Assembly (NCBI GenBank): GCA_002717385.1
Contig: PBDR01000017.1
Span: 8,847-72,846 of the forward strand
Length of the DNA stretch: 64,000 nt
Direction: 5' to 3'
Origin: Chloroflexota bacterium
GTDB lineage: Bacteria > Chloroflexota > Dehalococcoidia > Lucifugimonadales > Lucifugimonadaceae
The position numbers were made by a program, and so were the translations under genes. Under the pieces are notes generated by a model, which worked only from the letters and a program-made list of their open reading frames with translations, had not been told where the DNA came from and searched no databases. The stretch's first letter is position 1, and the number at the start of each line of letters is the position of its first letter. Of the stretch, positions 61,030 through 64,000 are shown piece by piece.

Positions 61030-62040
61030 CTAATCGAAAAATTCATTCGTAAAACTTGAATCACCATCAAAATTCTCTGGTAATTGACCTCGTAACTTCA
61101 TCCAATCAACAAATTCATTCCAACGATCGGGATCAATATACCCAAATTCTGGATTTTGGTTATCAGACCATATGGGCACTAATAATTCTATGCCCGCTCT
61201 TTCAACTTCTATATCCAGTGATGGAGGTGTCATAGAAATAAGTGTACTTAAAGCATCAGATCCATCATCTAAGGCAGTTGTATAACCACTCGACACTGCT
61301 TTCACCATTCGTTTAACCAAATTGGGAGTTTGATTTAAAGTGTCTTCTGAAGTCACAAGAACAAGTTCATAATAAGGTGGGACTCCCCACTGATCAGGCA
61401 TTATGATAGAAACTTCAAAGCCTTCATTTTCCATAACAATAGACTCGTGTGTCCAATAAGCACCAATAATAGCATCAACTTCACCACTCATTAACGCTGG
61501 TGCTAATGACCAACCAACATCAATTAATTCAACATCATAAATAGTTAAACCTTCTGACTCCAGCATTGTAGCCAACATAGATCTGTTCCAATCAATTCCT
61601 GGATAACCTATTTTTTTACCAGCAAGATCAAATGGTCTATTTATTTTCGAATCCTTCAAACTCATAATGGCATTAAGTGGTTTATTTACAATACTCGCAA
61701 CAGCAACCACTGGGATACCTTCATTTTGAGCTAACAGTAGATCTGGCTGATAAAATATACCAAAATCAATATCATCAGTACTTACTAGAGAAAGAATTGT
61801 CGCTGGATCTGATGGAGCTTCAATAGATATATTTATTCGGTTTTCTTTAAAGTGATCATACTTTATAGCAGAATAAAGACCAGCATGATTAGCATTTGGA
61901 AACCAATCCAAAATTATTTCTACAAAATTAAAATCAGGTGAATGAGTTTCTGTTTTTTTTTCTTCTTCTTTTTCAAACACACTACAAGATGTTATGAAAA
62001 ACATAAAAAGCAAGATAAAAAAATAAAGTGATTTATTCAT
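61030..62040 (-). CDS. thiY: ThiY/NMT1-like ABC substrate-binding lipoprotein (HMP/thiamine precursor)
   Basis: LDWFPNANHAG, DLAGKKIGYPG, GVPPYYEL and FTNEF; downstream of a TPP riboswitch. Confidence 0.85.
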   Translation of the reverse strand: MNKSLYFFILLFMFFITSCSVFEKEEEKKTETHSPDFNFVEIILDWFPNANHAGLYSAIKYDHFKENRINISIEAPSDPATILSLVSTDDIDFGIFYQPDLLLAQNEGIPVVAVASIVNKPLNAIMSLKDSKINRPFDLAGKKIGYPGIDWNRSMLATMLESEGLTIYDVELIDVGWSLAPALMSGEVDAIIGAYWTHESIVMENEGFEVSIIMPDQWGVPPYYELVLVTSEDTLNQTPNLVKRMVKAVSSGYTTALDDGSDALSTLISMTPPSLDIEVERAGIELLVPIWSDNQNPEFGYIDPDRWNEFVDWMKLRGQLPENFDGDSSFTNEFFD

Positions 62041-62090
62041 TACAATTTCCTTATTTCATATTCTATTATATTTTTTAATACAAATATACA

Positions 62091-62843
62091 TTAATTTTTC
62101 GGATATCTTTTTAAGATAAATTTTTCCAATAGGATTGTAAATAAATACAATGCAATAGCAATAACTGATAATGCAAAAATAGAAGCAAATACCCTCTCAG
62201 TTTTGAATTGAGGTCCAGATAATTTTATTAACCAACCTAATCCTGCACTGGAACCAATCCACTCACCTATTACAGCACCTATAACTGCTAGGACAGATGC
62301 AACCTTTATTCCAGAAAATATTTGTGGCAAAGCTCCAGGAATATATAATTTAAGATAAATTTGGAACTTATTAGCACCAAGAGTTTTGAACATATCTACC
62401 ATGACTTTATCACTCGATTTTAATCCATTTACAGTTGTTATGACAACTGGGAAAAATGTGAATAAAACTACAACAACTATTTTAGAAGCAATTCCAGTTC
62501 CAAACCAAACAACAATCAAAGGAGCTAAAGTAAAAATTGGAATAATTAGCGATGTGATAACAAAAGGAAAAACAGCTTTATTTATGATTGATGACCAGGA
62601 AATTGCAATAGATAATGAAAAAGCTAATATAAGAGAAATAGTTAAACCAAAGAAAATTTCTTTGACAGTCACCTGAGAATGCATTAGTAACAGCATGAAA
62701 CTATTCAATAATTCAACAATTATTTGACTGGGAGCCGGTAAGAGCCAATCAGGAACATCGAAAATCTTTACAGAAATTTCCCATAAAAAAAATCCAAATA
62801 AAAAAAGTATGAATGCAGGTAACCAATCTCTAAACAAATTCAA
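62091..62843 (-). CDS. thiX: ABC transporter permease (ThiX/SsuC-like)
   Basis: LLPAPS, APL..WFG.G, ALPQIFSG and GAVIGEW.....GLG. Confidence 0.85.
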   Translation of the reverse strand: MNLFRDWLPAFILFLFGFFLWEISVKIFDVPDWLLPAPSQIIVELLNSFMLLLMHSQVTVKEIFFGLTISLILAFSLSIAISWSSIINKAVFPFVITSLIIPIFTLAPLIVVWFGTGIASKIVVVVLFTFFPVVITTVNGLKSSDKVMVDMFKTLGANKFQIYLKLYIPGALPQIFSGIKVASVLAVIGAVIGEWIGSSAGLGWLIKLSGPQFKTERVFASIFALSVIAIALYLFTILLEKFILKRYPKN

Positions 62844-63610
62844 TTTGAACCTTTTCCAAGTTTTAGTAATTCCAAAATTTGTCTACGAATCAATAAGTAG
62901 GATTCATTAAAAATAATGTCCCCATTTTTTTCTATAATATTAGATGTACTAATTTCTTTAATAATTCCAAAATCTTTGTCTCCCATAACAAAAATTTTGC
63001 TTGAAAGTAGTATTGCTTCATCAATATCATGAGTGACTAATAAAACCGTTCTGGGATAATCAACAAGAATGTTTTTTAACCATTTCCGCAATGATGTTCT
63101 TGTAATAGCATCCACAGATCCAAATGGTTCGTCTAGCAATAAAATTTCATTGCTCAACAACATATTACGTAAAAATGCTATCCTTTGCTTCATTCCACCA
63201 GACATTTGCCAAGGCATTTTATATAAAGACTCAAATAATCCAAATTCCCGAAATAATTTAATAGCAATCTTTTTAGATTTATCTTTTGAAAAACCGTTAA
63301 TCTCTAATCCCAAAATAGCATTATCTAATGCATTTCTCCAAGGTAATAGTGTATCTTGTTGGTGCATATGGGAAGTTTTCCCAAGGGTAGATACTTCTTG
63401 TCCATCAATAGTGATTTTGCCTGATTCTGGTAATTCAAGACCTGAAATAATGTTTAATAAAGTGCTCTTCCCTGAACCAGAAGGTCCAATTAATGAAACA
63501 AACTCGCCTTTTTGAATATCCAAATTTATATTTCTTAAAACAAGCTGATCATCATAAGAATAATAGACATTCTTTATAGATAAACTAGTGTTCATTAGAT
63601 CATTCTTCAT
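62840..63610 (-). CDS. thiZ: ABC transporter ATP-binding protein (ThiZ/SsuB-like)
   Basis: GPSGSGKS, SGGMKQR, LLLDEPF and VTHD. Start placed at ATG 63610 because the TTG at 63646 lies in the riboswitch leader. Confidence 0.85.
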   Translation of the reverse strand: MKNDLMNTSLSIKNVYYSYDDQLVLRNINLDIQKGEFVSLIGPSGSGKSTLLNIISGLELPESGKITIDGQEVSTLGKTSHMHQQDTLLPWRNALDNAILGLEINGFSKDKSKKIAIKLFREFGLFESLYKMPWQMSGGMKQRIAFLRNMLLSNEILLLDEPFGSVDAITRTSLRKWLKNILVDYPRTVLLVTHDIDEAILLSSKIFVMGDKDFGIIKEISTSNIIEKNGDIIFNESYLLIRRQILELLKLGKGSN

Positions 63611-63663
63611 CTTGTTAATCCAATTAATATTTAATAACCTGATCAACTATAGATAAGTAGATA

Positions 63664-63748
63664 TAATCCCTACGCTGGTATTATCCAGATCAGGTTAACG
63701 GGTCGGTATATCTTTACCCTCTCAGTCCAAAAATGAACTCCCCGAGAA
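63664..63748 (-). ncRNA. TPP riboswitch (THI element)
   Basis: Minus strand CTCGGGGAGTTC...GGACTGAGAGGGTA...TACCGACCCGTTAACCTGATCTGGATAATACCAGCGTAGGGA contains the hallmark CTGAGA, ACCTGA and AGCGTAGGGA segments. It lies upstream of the thiZXY-like genes. Confidence 0.95.
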
Positions 63749-63872
63749 AGAAAATCAAAATTAAAGTGAAATTCTACATTAATAATATAGGAAACAATTA
63801 TACTTGAAACCAATAATTGTAAGCATAAATAGTAAGTTATATTCTTAAATTCAAAAAAAATCTTCGTAAATT

Positions 63873-63998
63873 TTGGAAACTCGTGAAGACATAAAAGATA
63901 TTTTATCCTGTGATATATGCGGTAATATAATGCTTGATTTACACTGTAAAATAAAATGTGAAAACTGCGGTTTTTTCAGAGATTGTTCTGACCCATAA
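63873..63998 (+). CDS. 41-aa zinc-finger microprotein (CxxCG...HC...CxxCG..DCSDP)
   Basis: Manual translation: METREDIKDILSCDICGNIMLDLHCKIKCENCGFFRDCSDP*. It is below the ORF-track length cutoff. Confidence 0.75.
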   Translation: METREDIKDILSCDICGNIMLDLHCKIKCENCGFFRDCSDP

Positions 63999-64000
63999 AA

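Noticed and set aside
1922..63515. Numerous 60-150 aa antisense or alternate-frame ORFs in the track (e.g. 1922..2260, 6669..7052, 26615..26971, 35358..35771, 43193..43639, 63069..63515)
   Set aside because: They lie within well-supported genes on the opposite strand or in another frame and show no motifs; they are shadow ORFs.
1..64000. CRISPR arrays, transposases, prophage or defence systems
   Set aside because: No regularly spaced repeats or mobile/defence protein motifs were seen; nearly all sequence is accounted for by metabolic genes.

Overview
AT-rich, very gene-dense bacterial chromosome segment with many abutting or overlapping ORFs. The gene content suggests a streamlined marine Chloroflexota of the SAR202/Dehalococcoidia type (inference): an 11-subunit complex I with a small ORF between nuoK and nuoL, HdrB-anchored succinate dehydrogenase, alpha2-type GlyRS, and paralogous enolase-superfamily, SDR and SMP-30 enzymes. 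Central metabolism dominates: fumC, an acyl-CoA carboxyltransferase, mdh, sdhAB plus a CCG-domain anchor, nuoA-D/H-N, nadK, a 2-oxoacid dehydrogenase E1a/E1b/E2-lipB cluster, folPK, glyQS and thiD. The window also carries a TPP-riboswitch-controlled ThiXYZ-like ABC transporter, a Dpp-type ABC transporter, tRNA-Ile2(CAU) and many catabolic enzymes. No mobile element, CRISPR array or rRNA was seen. The most notable observation is the apparently hypothetical ORF upstream of mdh (13930..15297). It keeps the isocitrate, metal and catalytic residue set of isocitrate dehydrogenase, at E. coli spacing where checked, but has a remodelled coenzyme-binding segment and a large insertion, so it is a candidate highly divergent IDH lineage. 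Other highlights are a degenerate vWA/CLCA-like surface protein with an FHA-like tail, a split D-glutamate cyclase pair, an M24 pseudo-peptidase, a probable ATT-initiated folK, a structured 5' leader on the Dpp binding-protein gene, and an unannotated 41-aa zinc-finger microprotein.
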